A DNA stretch of 64,000 nucleotides, taken from positions 1 through 64,000 of the forward strand of contig CAXXGJ010000012.1 in the NCBI GenBank assembly GCA_963677895.2, in the 5' to 3' direction. The notes under the pieces are model-generated. The model was not told the origin of the DNA and ran no database searches. It worked only from the letters and a program-made list of their open reading frames with translations. How positions within the stretch are numbered: position 1 is the first letter of the stretch; the number at the start of each line of letters is the position of its first letter. This document shows, piece after piece, positions 8,825-18,554 of the stretch. The position numbers and the translations under genes were made by a program. This stretch comes from Treponemataceae bacterium. GTDB taxonomy: Bacteria > Spirochaetota > Spirochaetia > Treponematales > Rectinemataceae.

Positions 8825-10111
8825 TTATTTTCTCGAATATACGGGCACGGGCCTCGTGCTTTGGCGCAGGAGCACTTCTCCCATCCTGTCCAGGGTGGCC
8901 TGACTCTCAAGGCTCAGGCGCCTGAAGGTGGCGTGGCTGACGAGCAGTTCCTGATGGAGCTCCCTGCAGAGGGAGTCCAGGCGGGCCGCCACGGCGATCG
9001 TATCCCCGAAAACATTCTTCTTCTGGTCGCCCGGAGGTCCGAGCAGGGCCGAAACCACCAGCCCCGAATGCACGCCTATGGAAACCTTCAGATTGGCGGG
9101 CAGGGACTGGGCGGCCAGGTCTTCCCTGAGCCCGTGGAGTTCATCCATGAAGGCATATGCCGAATAGAGCGCCCTCTCCGGATTGACCTGCTCGTCGACG
9201 AGGCCGAAGAGAATGATGACGGAGTCGCCGTTGATCGATATGATGCGCCCGCCCTGGCCGCTTGCCACATGAGTCCAGAGCGCGTAGTACTTGTTGAGGA
9301 ATTCGACCGATTTCTGGGCTCCCATCACCTCCGAAAGGGCGGTGAAGCCGACGATGTCCGAGGAAATGGCGGAGACGAGAAGCCTCGTGGGCGTCACGAC
9401 TTTTACCTGGGAACTTGCCCCTTCTTCGGCCAGAAGGGGGGCCTGTTCGGGTTTGGGAGGGCTCTCGAGCAGGCGATCGAGGCGGGCGCGCAGGGTGATG
9501 GCGCGCATCCTCGCCGCGAGAAGCATTATGTCGAAACTGGCGATGCCCAGAAGGGCGAAGAGGTGCTGCGGCGACGCGGCGAATGCCTTGAGGCCGGAGG
9601 CGAAGTGGGTGACCTGGAGCGCCTCCATATAGGCGTCGCGATTCAGCTGTCCGCCGTCGAAGGCCTGTTTCAGGTTGATCCGCATATCGAGATAGTAGTA
9701 GAAAGCGAAGAAAATGGCGCCGGAGCCCAGCGAGAGGGCGCCCTCCGCCACGCGCTTGAGCAACCCGCTCTTGCGCGAAAACGCTATCGCCTGGAAAAAT
9801 CCGATGTAGATGGCCGCGCTCCAAAGCAGGATGTTCGTGGATTCGAAAAAATCCATGTTGCTCGTCGCGGCCTTGAGGATCGAGTACCCGAGGGGCGTGA
9901 TCAGCGAAAAGAGAAAGCGCAGGATGGGGAGGTGGCCCTGGGTTACGAGCAGGAAGGTCTGGGCGATCATGAACACCATGACGATGATGGATGAAGTGAT
10001 GCCCATGGCTATGGAGCCCGATGTAAGGAAGATTATGACAATGAAGAACACGACGAGCTGACTGCTGTAATAGTAGAATTCTTCGCCGAAACGCCTGAAA
10101 GATATCTTCAT
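8825..10111 (-). CDS. Membrane-bound class III adenylate/guanylate cyclase domain protein (divergent)
   Basis: Several N-terminal TM helices; SDIVGFT, GDSV, IGVHSG, FGDTIAVAARL; ATG 10111. Confidence 0.85.
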   Translation of the reverse strand: MKISFRRFGEEFYYYSSQLVVFFIVIIFLTSGSIAMGITSSIIVMVFMIAQTFLLVTQGHLPILRFLFSLITPLGYSILKAATSNMDFFESTNILLWSAAIYIGFFQAIAFSRKSGLLKRVAEGALSLGSGAIFFAFYYYLDMRINLKQAFDGGQLNRDAYMEALQVTHFASGLKAFAASPQHLFALLGIASFDIMLLAARMRAITLRARLDRLLESPPKPEQAPLLAEEGASSQVKVVTPTRLLVSAISSDIVGFTALSEVMGAQKSVEFLNKYYALWTHVASGQGGRIISINGDSVIILFGLVDEQVNPERALYSAYAFMDELHGLREDLAAQSLPANLKVSIGVHSGLVVSALLGPPGDQKKNVFGDTIAVAARLDSLCRELHQELLVSHATFRRLSLESQATLDRMGEVLLRQSTRPVPVYSRK

Positions 10112-10283
10112 CGTACATTCATTGTACCCGGCGCGGCTCTTCCTGCAAAGTACCTTTCCGCGCTTCCTCGCCGCCGCAAGGCCTTTCGCGCTTTCTTTCG
10201 CCCAGGAATTGTCTTGACTAGATTTTTCGGCCGTGTACAATGATAAGGCCAATCTATTTGGCAGATTTTCAAAAGGAGGTCCT

Positions 10284-11495
10284 ATGAAAAAGCTCGCGAA
10301 GTTCACCGCCATTCTGTTGGCGCTGACCTTCATCCTCGCAGGAGCGGACGTTTTCGCACAGGCCAAAGCTAAATTCCATATCGGCGTCGTTACCGGCACG
10401 GTATCCCAGTCAGAAGACGATCTCCGCGGCGCGGAAGCCCTCATCAAAGAATACGGCTCCGTAAAAACCGGCGGCATGGTCCAGCACATCACCTATCCCG
10501 ATGATTTCATGTCCCAGCAGGAGACGTTCATCTCTTCCGTCGTGGCCCTCGCCGACGATCCCCTCATGAAGGCGATTGTCATCAACCAGGCCATTCCCGG
10601 AACCACGGAAGCCTTCAAGCGCGTAAAGGCCAAGAGATCGGACATCCTCCTTCTCGCCGGCGAACCGCACGAAGACCCCCTCGTCATCCAGAGCGCGGCC
10701 GACCTGGCCCTCTCCGCCGACTTCGTGTCCCGCGGCTACACCATCATCTGGGCAGCCAAGCAGCTCGGCGCCAAGACCTTCGTCCATATCTCCTTTGCCC
10801 GCCATATGAGCTATGAGTCGCTCGGCCGCCGCCGCGCCATCATGGAAGAGGCCTGCAACGATCTCGGACTGAAGTTCGCGTTCGAAACCGCCCCGGACCC
10901 GACCTCAGACGTCGGCGTTCCCGGCGCCCAGCAGTTCATCCTTGAGAAAGTTCCCCAGTGGATCGAAAAATACGGCAAGGACACCGCGTTCTTCTGCACG
11001 AACGATGCCCATACCGAACCCCTTCTCAAGCAGCTCTTCGCTTATGGCGGCTACTTCGTCGAAGCCGACCTTCCCTCTCCCCTCATGGGTTATCCAGGGG
11101 CTCTCGGACTCGACCTTTCCAAGGAAGCGGGCGATTTCCCCGCCATCCTGAAGAAAGTCGAAGCCGCGGTCGTGGCCAAGGGCGGCAAAGGCCGCTTCGG
11201 CACCTGGGCCTTCTCCTACGGCTACAGCCTCACCGCGGGCTTGGGCGAATATGCCAAGAACGTGATCGAAGGCAAGGCCAAGAAAGGCAGCCTGAACGAC
11301 GTATTCAAGGCACTCGCGAAGTATACCCCCGGCGCCAAGTGGAACGGCGCTTACTATGTCGACATGGGAACCGGCGTCCGCGCCAAGAACCAGGTCCTCA
11401 TCTACATGGACACCTATGTGTTCGGCAAGGGATTCCTCCCCACCACGAAGCAGAAGGTTCCCGAGAAATACTACAACGTGAAGATGAAGAAATAG
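10284..11495 (+). CDS. DUF3798-family ABC substrate-binding protein
   Basis: Signal peptide; HIGVVTGTVSQSEDDLRGAE, APDPTSDVGV, FFCTNDAHTEP; AGGAGGT RBS. Confidence 0.85.
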   Translation: MKKLAKFTAILLALTFILAGADVFAQAKAKFHIGVVTGTVSQSEDDLRGAEALIKEYGSVKTGGMVQHITYPDDFMSQQETFISSVVALADDPLMKAIVINQAIPGTTEAFKRVKAKRSDILLLAGEPHEDPLVIQSAADLALSADFVSRGYTIIWAAKQLGAKTFVHISFARHMSYESLGRRRAIMEEACNDLGLKFAFETAPDPTSDVGVPGAQQFILEKVPQWIEKYGKDTAFFCTNDAHTEPLLKQLFAYGGYFVEADLPSPLMGYPGALGLDLSKEAGDFPAILKKVEAAVVAKGGKGRFGTWAFSYGYSLTAGLGEYAKNVIEGKAKKGSLNDVFKALAKYTPGAKWNGAYYVDMGTGVRAKNQVLIYMDTYVFGKGFLPTTKQKVPEKYYNVKMKK

Positions 11496-11505
11496 TATAA
11501 GTCGG

Positions 11506-11575
11506 GCGAAGCCTCGTAAGGGGCTTCGCTAAACTTCGCGGTTTCTGCAGCGCCGGATCCTTTTGGGTCCGGCGT
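11506..11575 (+). other. Two intercistronic stem-loops after the binding-protein gene
   Basis: GCGAAGCCTC-GTAA-GGGGCTTCGC and GCGCCGGATCC-TTTT-GGGTCCGGCGT. Confidence 0.6.
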
Positions 11576-11667
11576 TTGCGCGAGAATCGGCTTATCAGAG
11601 TCGAAGCGCTACCACGAATGGCCATCCCCCGCTCCCGCAAGGGAAATCTTTTCATTTAGGGACTATT

Positions 11668-13305
11668 ATGGGACAGAATGGGCCTCTTTTATCATTGAAG
11701 AATGTTTCCAAGGAGTTCTACGGAAACGTAGTGCTCCAGGATGTCAATTTTGACCTGCATGAGGGCGAAATCCTCGGTTTGGTCGGAGAAAACGGCGCGG
11801 GCAAGACTACTCTCATGAGTATTCTTTTTGGAATGCCCGTCATCGCCGAAACCGGCGGTTTTAAGGGAAAGATCATCCTCGACGGTCAGGAAATGCACTT
11901 TGCGAGTCCCTTCGACGCGCTCGACGCGGGACTCGGCATGGTTCACCAGGAATTCAGCCTCATACCGGGCTTCACCAGCACCGAGAACATCGTCCTGAAC
12001 AGGGAATCGATGAGGCCGAGCATCCTGAACGATGCCTTCGGCAAACGAATGAGCATCCTCGACAGGCCGGCGATGAAAAAACGCGCCGAGAGCGCCATCG
12101 AAAAGCTGGGCGTCAAGCTCGACTCCGACATGCTCATCTCTGAAATGCCGGTCGGACACAAACAGTTTACCGAAATAGCGCGCGAAATCAGCCGTGAGAA
12201 ATCGCGTCTTCTCATTCTGGACGAGCCTACGGCCGTCCTCACGGAGAGCGAGGCGGAAATACTCCTCGATTCGCTGCGGAAGCTCGCGAAAAAGGGTGTC
12301 GCCATCATTTTCATCTCCCACCGGCTCAAGGAAGTCGTCGAGGTGGCGGACAAGATCGTGGTCCTGCGCGACGGCCTCGCCGTCAAGGACGTTCCCGCCG
12401 CGGGCGTGACGATCAAGGACATCGCTTCGTGGATGGTCGGCCGTTCGGTATCCTCCGACGCCGCCCGCCATGACGAGGACAAGAAATACGGCGAGAAGAT
12501 TCTCTCCGTTGAGCATCTCTGGGTGGATATGCCCGGGGAAACCGTCCGCGACGTCTCCTTCGAAGTAAAACAGGGCGAGATTTTCGGCATAGGCGGCCTG
12601 GCCGGCCAGGGCAAGCTCGGCATCCCCAACGGGGTGATGGGGCTCTACGCCGCCGGTGGCACGGTCCATCTTCGCGACAAGACCATCGAACTCAACTCTC
12701 CCAACGCTGCCCTCAAGGCGGGCATGGCCTTCGTTTCCGAGGACAGGCGCGGCGTGGGCCTTCTCCTCGACGAAAGTCTGGACTGGAACATCGCCTTCAC
12801 GGCCATGCAGGTCCACAAACAGTACCTGAAACCGGTCCTGGGCGGCCTTTTCACCCTTCGCGACGAGACCGGCATGGTGAATCTCTGCAAGGAATACATC
12901 TCGCTCCTGGACATCAAATGCACGGGGCCCCGCCAGAAGGCGAAGGAACTGTCGGGCGGCAACCAGCAGAAAATCTGCCTCGCCAAGGCATTCGCGCTTA
13001 AGCCGGACCTCCTCTTCGTCTCCGAACCCACGCGCGGCATAGACGTCGGCGCCAAGAAACTGGTGCTCGACACCCTGCGGAAATACAACCAGGAATACGG
13101 CACCACCATCGTGATGGTATCGAGCGAGCTCGAGGAGCTGCGCGCCATCTGCGACCGCGTCGCCATCATCGACGAGGGCCGGATAGCCGGCATATTGCCG
13201 CCCACCGCCGATGTGGCCGAATTCGGCATCCTTATGGCGGGCATCACCGATTCCCCCTCCAGGACAAAACTCGCTTCCGCGGCCGAGGAGGCACCGAATG
13301 CGTAA
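11668..13305 (+). CDS. Sugar-type (CUT2) ABC ATP-binding protein, two NBDs
   Basis: GENGAGKTT, LILDEPT, ISH, LSGGNQQK, EPTRGIDVGAK. Confidence 0.93.
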   Translation: MGQNGPLLSLKNVSKEFYGNVVLQDVNFDLHEGEILGLVGENGAGKTTLMSILFGMPVIAETGGFKGKIILDGQEMHFASPFDALDAGLGMVHQEFSLIPGFTSTENIVLNRESMRPSILNDAFGKRMSILDRPAMKKRAESAIEKLGVKLDSDMLISEMPVGHKQFTEIAREISREKSRLLILDEPTAVLTESEAEILLDSLRKLAKKGVAIIFISHRLKEVVEVADKIVVLRDGLAVKDVPAAGVTIKDIASWMVGRSVSSDAARHDEDKKYGEKILSVEHLWVDMPGETVRDVSFEVKQGEIFGIGGLAGQGKLGIPNGVMGLYAAGGTVHLRDKTIELNSPNAALKAGMAFVSEDRRGVGLLLDESLDWNIAFTAMQVHKQYLKPVLGGLFTLRDETGMVNLCKEYISLLDIKCTGPRQKAKELSGGNQQKICLAKAFALKPDLLFVSEPTRGIDVGAKKLVLDTLRKYNQEYGTTIVMVSSELEELRAICDRVAIIDEGRIAGILPPTADVAEFGILMAGITDSPSRTKLASAAEEAPNA

Positions 13306-14344
13306 CAACCTCAAAACATTCATCCAGGATTTCGGATGGCCCCGCATCATCATATTCCTTTTCCTGGTATCGCTTTTCGTGCTGGCTCCCTTCGTCGGAG
13401 TGCGTCTCGACGCCTCCCTGTCGGACTGCCTCAACCGCTTCGGCCAGTACGCCATCCTCGTTTTGGCCCTCGTGCCCATGATCCAGTCGGGCTGTGGCCT
13501 CAATTTCGGCCTGGCCCTCGGCATCGTGGCCGGCCTCCTCGGCGCGACTGTCTCCCTCCAGCTGGAACTTCGCGGCTTCTGGGGATTTTTCGGCGCCATC
13601 GCCTTCGCCACGCCCTTCTCCGTCATCTTCGGTTACTTCTACGGAAAGCTCCTCAACAAGGTAAAGGGCGAGGAAATGACCATCGCCATGTACGTCGGCT
13701 TTTCCTTCGTCATGCTGATGTGCATCATGTGGCTCGTGCTTCCCTTCGACAATCCGACCATGGTCTGGGGTTACGCGGGCAAGGGCCTGCGCACGACCAT
13801 CACCGTGGAAGGCTACTGGCTCAAGATCCTCAACGACTTCCTCGCGATCAAGATAGGGCGCTTCTTCGTCTTCCCGACGGGACTGCTTCTCTTTGTCGGA
13901 GCCTGCGCCGCCGGTATCTGGCTCTTCCTCAGGACGAGGATAGGCACAGCCATGACGGCCGTCGGCTCGAATCCCGATTTCGCGAGAGCCTCAGGCGTCA
14001 GCGCCGACAAGATGCGGACCACCTCCGTCATCCTGTCGACCTTCCTCGGCGCCATCGGCATCATCGTCTACCAGCAGAGCTTCGGCTTCATCCAGCTCTA
14101 CACCGCCCCCAGCCCCATGGTCTTCCCGGCCGTGGCGGCCATCCTCATCGGAGGGGCCAGCGTAAACAAAGCTTCCATGATCAACGTTCTCGTCGGCACC
14201 TTCCTCTTCCAGGGCTTGCTCACGATGACGCCCTCGGTCATCAACTCCATCCTCCAGACCGACATGTCGGAAGTCATTCGAATCATCGTTTCCAACGGCA
14301 TGATCCTCTACGCGCTCACGCGCAAGGTGAAGGTGTCCAAATGA
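13298..14344 (+). CDS. ABC transporter permease
   Basis: Multi-TM; GLNFGL, TRIGTAMTAVGSNPDFARASG. Confidence 0.88.
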   Translation: MRNNLKTFIQDFGWPRIIIFLFLVSLFVLAPFVGVRLDASLSDCLNRFGQYAILVLALVPMIQSGCGLNFGLALGIVAGLLGATVSLQLELRGFWGFFGAIAFATPFSVIFGYFYGKLLNKVKGEEMTIAMYVGFSFVMLMCIMWLVLPFDNPTMVWGYAGKGLRTTITVEGYWLKILNDFLAIKIGRFFVFPTGLLLFVGACAAGIWLFLRTRIGTAMTAVGSNPDFARASGVSADKMRTTSVILSTFLGAIGIIVYQQSFGFIQLYTAPSPMVFPAVAAILIGGASVNKASMINVLVGTFLFQGLLTMTPSVINSILQTDMSEVIRIIVSNGMILYALTRKVKVSK

Positions 14345-15468
14345 GCCCAAAGAAAAAAAGCGTCGCCACGATGTTCTCCGAATATGCCGTCGTCATCATC
14401 TTCCTGGTGATAACGATAGCGGCTATTTCGCCCTCGGGGCTTTCTCTTACCTACATCATCCAGGAACTCATCACGAGGCTGGGGCGCAACTCCTTCCTCG
14501 TCATTTCCCTCCTCCTGCCGATCTACTCGGGCATGGGGCTCAATTTCGCCATGTCCCTGGGCGCCATGGCCGGCCAGATCGGCCTCATCTTCGCGGTCGA
14601 CTGGAGCGTCGCCGGCTGGCAGGGCCTTGTCTTCGCCCTCCTCATCGGCCTCCCGATCGCCGTATTCCTCGGTTGGATCTGCGGCAAGGTGATGAACAAG
14701 GCCAAGGGACGGGAAATGGTCACCGGCTACATCCTCGCTTTCTTCATCAACGGCATCTACCAGTTCTTCGTCCTCTACATGATGGGCTCGGTGATACCGA
14801 TGAGGAACGCCTCCATCCTCCTTTCGAGAGGCTACGGCATCCGCAACACCCTCAACCTGGAGTCGGTGCGTCAGTCCCTGGACACCATATTCATGTTGAA
14901 GCTGGGCGGCTTCGACGTCCCCGTCGTGACCCTGATCATCATCGCCCTTCTTTGCGTCTTCATCGTCTGGTTCAAGAAGACGAAGCTGGGCCAGGACATG
15001 AGGGCCGTCGGCCAGGACATGACCGTCGCCGAGGCGGCGGGCATTCCCGTCGAGAAGACCCGCATCGTGGCTATCATCATTTCGACCGTCCTCGCCTGCG
15101 CCGGGCAGCTCATCTTCCTCCAGAACATGGGCAACCTCGCTACCTACAACGCCCATGACCAGACGAGCTTCTTCGCCGCCGCGGCCATCCTCGTCGGAGG
15201 CGCCTCGGTCACCCACGCCAGCATCCCCAACGTCTTCATCGGCGTCATCCTTCTCCACGCGATGTTCATCGTGTCGCCCCTCGCCGGCCAGAATCTCTTC
15301 GGCTCGGCCATGGTGGGCGAATATTTCCGCCAGTTCATCGGCTACGGCGTCATCGCCCTTTCCCTCGTGCTCTACGCCTGGAAATCCAGAAAGGCCATCT
15401 TCAACTCGAGATCGGACCTGAGGGGCGGGGCGGCCGGAAAAGGCAAGGATGAGGGAGGTCAGGCATGA
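14341..15468 (+). CDS. ABC transporter permease
   Basis: Multi-TM; GMGLNF, TKLGQDMRAVG; ATGA overlap with the previous gene. Confidence 0.88.
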   Translation: MSPKKKSVATMFSEYAVVIIFLVITIAAISPSGLSLTYIIQELITRLGRNSFLVISLLLPIYSGMGLNFAMSLGAMAGQIGLIFAVDWSVAGWQGLVFALLIGLPIAVFLGWICGKVMNKAKGREMVTGYILAFFINGIYQFFVLYMMGSVIPMRNASILLSRGYGIRNTLNLESVRQSLDTIFMLKLGGFDVPVVTLIIIALLCVFIVWFKKTKLGQDMRAVGQDMTVAEAAGIPVEKTRIVAIIISTVLACAGQLIFLQNMGNLATYNAHDQTSFFAAAAILVGGASVTHASIPNVFIGVILLHAMFIVSPLAGQNLFGSAMVGEYFRQFIGYGVIALSLVLYAWKSRKAIFNSRSDLRGGAAGKGKDEGGQA

Positions 15469-15971
15469 AAGCGATTTCATTCAGGAACCGTTCCTTCGTC
15501 GTGCGGTCCATTCTCGTGCTCGTGTACATCGCCGTCGTCATCATCATGCTTATGACGGGCAAGCGGCATACCATCCTGATCGACAACAAGGATTCAGAGG
15601 ACGGCAGCGTACTGGCCATCGATGGCATGTCGGTCCAGATCGACAGCCAGGAAGCCCTGGAATACTACCCGGGCGACCGTGACAAAGCCGTCGTCCAGGG
15701 GCAGAAACACAAGGTCAAGGTGGAGATTTTCGCCGACGGGAAAATCGTCGAGACCGCCTTCAGCGTGCCGCTCGGTCAGGACATGGTGCTTCTCGAGGTG
15801 CCCAAGCTGATAGCCGGCGTCGAGCCCTATCTCAAGCCCTTCACCGTTCTCCAGGAACAGGATTCCTCTCCTGCGGTGGATTCGCCGCAGAGCATCCAGT
15901 TCGGCGGCGATTCGCCCGCCGTGGACGAAACCGCGCTCGAAGTTCCTCCCGACGCGGTGCTGCTGCAATAA
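15465..15971 (+). CDS. Membrane-anchored hypothetical protein (DUF6672-like), last gene of the DUF3798 operon
   Basis: N-terminal TM, GKRHTILIDNK motif, ATGA coupling. Confidence 0.65.
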   Translation: MKAISFRNRSFVVRSILVLVYIAVVIIMLMTGKRHTILIDNKDSEDGSVLAIDGMSVQIDSQEALEYYPGDRDKAVVQGQKHKVKVEIFADGKIVETAFSVPLGQDMVLLEVPKLIAGVEPYLKPFTVLQEQDSSPAVDSPQSIQFGGDSPAVDETALEVPPDAVLLQ

Positions 15972-15997
15972 CGTTATTCGACCAAGCTTTGTTTATT

Positions 15998-16029
15998 AGG
16001 CTGTCCGGGTTGCCGGGCAGCCTTTTTTT
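15998..16029 (+). terminator. Rho-independent terminator
   Basis: AGGCTGTCCGG-GTTG-CCGGGCAGCCT plus T run. Confidence 0.85.
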
Positions 16030-16197
16030 GCGAATGAGCTTGGGCGGGAAATTTTGACACGATAACAGGAAGAAGCAGGATTTTACGGGAGAAGATGCTG
16101 AGTATTTGTTGTCTAGGGAAATAATGCATTTATTTTGTCGACGTTGGCTGAATTAGCTGTTCACGGTGGACTTGGGGTGGGGAGTGATTTATTATAA

Positions 16198-16569
16198 ATG
16201 GTATTTATGGAAAATCTGAAGCAAGGCGAGATTGGGCGTTTAGTAGAGCGGATCGTGAGGTTTAGGGACGAGAGGGAATGGAAGAGGTTTCATAAGCCAA
16301 AGGATATGGCTTTGTCGCTGGTGCTTGAGGCGACGGAAGTGCTGGAGCATTTCCAATGGAAGTCGGAAGAGGAATCAAAAACATATGCTAAAAGCAATAA
16401 GGACGATATCGGAGAAGAACTGGCCGATGTCCTGTATTGGGTGCTTTTAATGAGCCACGACTTGGATATTGATATTGTGTCGACATTTGAGGAAAAAATG
16501 AAAAAAAACGAAAGCAAATACCCAGTCAGCCAGGCAAGAGGATCGAGCAAGAAGTATACGGAGTATTAA
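16198..16569 (+). CDS. MazG-like nucleotide pyrophosphohydrolase (all-alpha NTP-PPase, dCTPase-like)
   Basis: FRDEREWKRFHKPKDMALSLVLEATEVLEHFQW, EELADVLYW, KMKKNESKYP; start 16198 or 16207. Confidence 0.9.
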   Translation: MVFMENLKQGEIGRLVERIVRFRDEREWKRFHKPKDMALSLVLEATEVLEHFQWKSEEESKTYAKSNKDDIGEELADVLYWVLLMSHDLDIDIVSTFEEKMKKNESKYPVSQARGSSKKYTEY

Positions 16570-16570
16570 A

Positions 16571-18448
16571 ATGGAGCTCTACAATGGGCATATAGATCAT
16601 TTCATAGAGGATACTACCCAGAACAAGATTTCCAGCGAGCTTTCAACGGCTTTCTTTAACTACTACGGCTTTAATCCTTCGCCTGCGGAAAAAATGTCTT
16701 GGACGAACTCTCTGCGGTGCGTCAAGGACGTGTTTCAGCACACTGGCCTACATGACCATGGGATAATGCTCGAATACCAGCTGCCGCTTTCATCGCGGCG
16801 CTTGGACTGCATGATTTGCGGAACCGACGAGAGAGAAGCGGGCAATGCTGTCATCATCGAGCTTAAGCAGTGGGAGACTTGCCGCGCCAGTTCGAGCGAC
16901 AAAGTGGTGACCTGGACGGGAGGCGGCAACCGGGAGGTGCTGCATCCCTCAGCCCAAGTCGGAAACTACAAGCTTTACTTGGAAAACAATCATTCCGTAT
17001 TCTACGAGGACAATCCAGTCAACTTGTCGGCCTGCGCCTACCTTCACAACTACTCCATAACGAAAGACGATCCTCTGCTCGCGAAACAGTTTGAGGAATA
17101 CATACGGATATGTCCTGTTTTCAGCGCCGAAGATTTTCTCCGCATCGGCGAATACCTCAAGAACCGGCTGGAGGGCGGCAAGGGGATGGAAATCCTCGAA
17201 AGGGTCAGGCAGAGCAAGCAGGCGCCGAGCCGAAAGTTCCTGATGAACGTGACGAAGGTCATCAAGGAGCACAAACGCTATACCTTGCTGGACGAGCAGC
17301 TGATCGCCTTCGATAAAGTCTTGACCACTGTCAGGAACGGACTGAACGGCGTGCAGAAATCTGTAGTCGTCGTAAACGGAGGCCCTGGTACCGGCAAGTC
17401 CGTCATAGCCATAAACCTGCTGGCGGAGCTGTCGTCCCAAGGCTACAACGTGCACTACGCGACGGGCTCTAAAGCCTTTACCGAGACGCTTAGGAAAACA
17501 GTAGGCAGGGCGGTGGCCCAGCAATTTAAGTACTTCAACAGCTACATGAATGCCGGCTATGGCGAGATTGATGTCATCGTTGCGGATGAAGCGCACCGAA
17601 TCCGCGAAAATAGCAACAACAGGTATACTCCGCACAACAGGCGATCTACGGTTCCTCAAGTCCAAGAGCTGATAAACGCCGCAAAGCTGCCTGTCTTTTT
17701 CATCGACGACAGGCAGAACGTCAGACCCGGCGAGATAGGCTCGAGCCAATTGATCCGGGATACTGCGCAGAAGTTGAACTGTAAGGTTTTTGAATATCAG
17801 CTCGATATCCAGTTCAGATGCCAAGGATCCGACCTCTTCGTGCAGTGGATCAATAACACTCTCGAGATATCGAAAACCGCGGAGAAGATATGGGAAAAAA
17901 AGAACGCCGCCTTCGAATTCAAAGTCGTCGACTCGCCGCACGAACTTTACAGGATGATCTCGGAAAAGAATGAAAGGGAGCCGAACTCTGCCCGCATGGT
18001 TGCCGGCTTCTGCTGGAAATGGAGTTCCCCCAATCCCGACGGAACCCTCGTGAAAGACGTGCAGATCGACGATTTCGCCATGACCTGGGAAGGCAAGGAA
18101 GGAGGACCACCCCTCGCCCCTGACTTCCCACCCGCCTCCCTGTGGCCCTTCGATCCTCGCGCTGTGAATCAGATAGGCAGCATTTATACCATCCAAGGCT
18201 TCGAGTTCGATTATGTAGGCGTCATCTTTGGCTCGGACCTTAAGTACAGCTTCGAAAAATATACCTGGGAAGGTTATCCGAAGAACTCGGCGGATTCATC
18301 TATCCGTAATATCAAGGATCCTGAAAAATTCCTCGCCCTGGTAAAAAACACCTACCGCGTTCTCTTGAGCCGCGCCCTCAAAGGCTGCTACGTCTACTTC
18401 GCCGATAAAGACACCGGGAAATTCTTCAAGACGAGAATGATGGACTGA
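16571..18448 (+). CDS. DUF2075 (Schlafen group 3-like) SF1-type helicase with N-terminal PD-(D/E)xK-like nuclease domain
   Basis: LEYQLP..RRLD..IIELKQW; GGPGTGKS; VIVADEAHR; QFRCQG; TIQGFEFDYVGV; YRVLLSRA. Confidence 0.88.
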   Translation: MELYNGHIDHFIEDTTQNKISSELSTAFFNYYGFNPSPAEKMSWTNSLRCVKDVFQHTGLHDHGIMLEYQLPLSSRRLDCMICGTDEREAGNAVIIELKQWETCRASSSDKVVTWTGGGNREVLHPSAQVGNYKLYLENNHSVFYEDNPVNLSACAYLHNYSITKDDPLLAKQFEEYIRICPVFSAEDFLRIGEYLKNRLEGGKGMEILERVRQSKQAPSRKFLMNVTKVIKEHKRYTLLDEQLIAFDKVLTTVRNGLNGVQKSVVVVNGGPGTGKSVIAINLLAELSSQGYNVHYATGSKAFTETLRKTVGRAVAQQFKYFNSYMNAGYGEIDVIVADEAHRIRENSNNRYTPHNRRSTVPQVQELINAAKLPVFFIDDRQNVRPGEIGSSQLIRDTAQKLNCKVFEYQLDIQFRCQGSDLFVQWINNTLEISKTAEKIWEKKNAAFEFKVVDSPHELYRMISEKNEREPNSARMVAGFCWKWSSPNPDGTLVKDVQIDDFAMTWEGKEGGPPLAPDFPPASLWPFDPRAVNQIGSIYTIQGFEFDYVGVIFGSDLKYSFEKYTWEGYPKNSADSSIRNIKDPEKFLALVKNTYRVLLSRALKGCYVYFADKDTGKFFKTRMMD

Positions 18449-18554
18449 CAAGAGTTCGTTCCATCCTTTGGCAGCGCTGATGGTTTTCACTCTATTAATA
18501 GAAGGGCATCCTGAATCTGGAAGTGCTGCCGGAAGAAAAAGGAATGGCTTATAA

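Noticed and set aside
11692..13626. Long antisense and alternative-frame ORFs (also 3584-5014, 36592-38400, 43998-45668, 8738-9994, the 5' part of 13336-15468 and others)
   Set aside because: Shadow ORFs expected from high GC3 codon bias; they have no motifs and overlap well-supported genes.
18461..18547. Long imperfect stem between convergent genes as an integron attC site
   Set aside because: No RYYYAAC/GTTRRRY ends and no integrase; at most a terminator-like structure.
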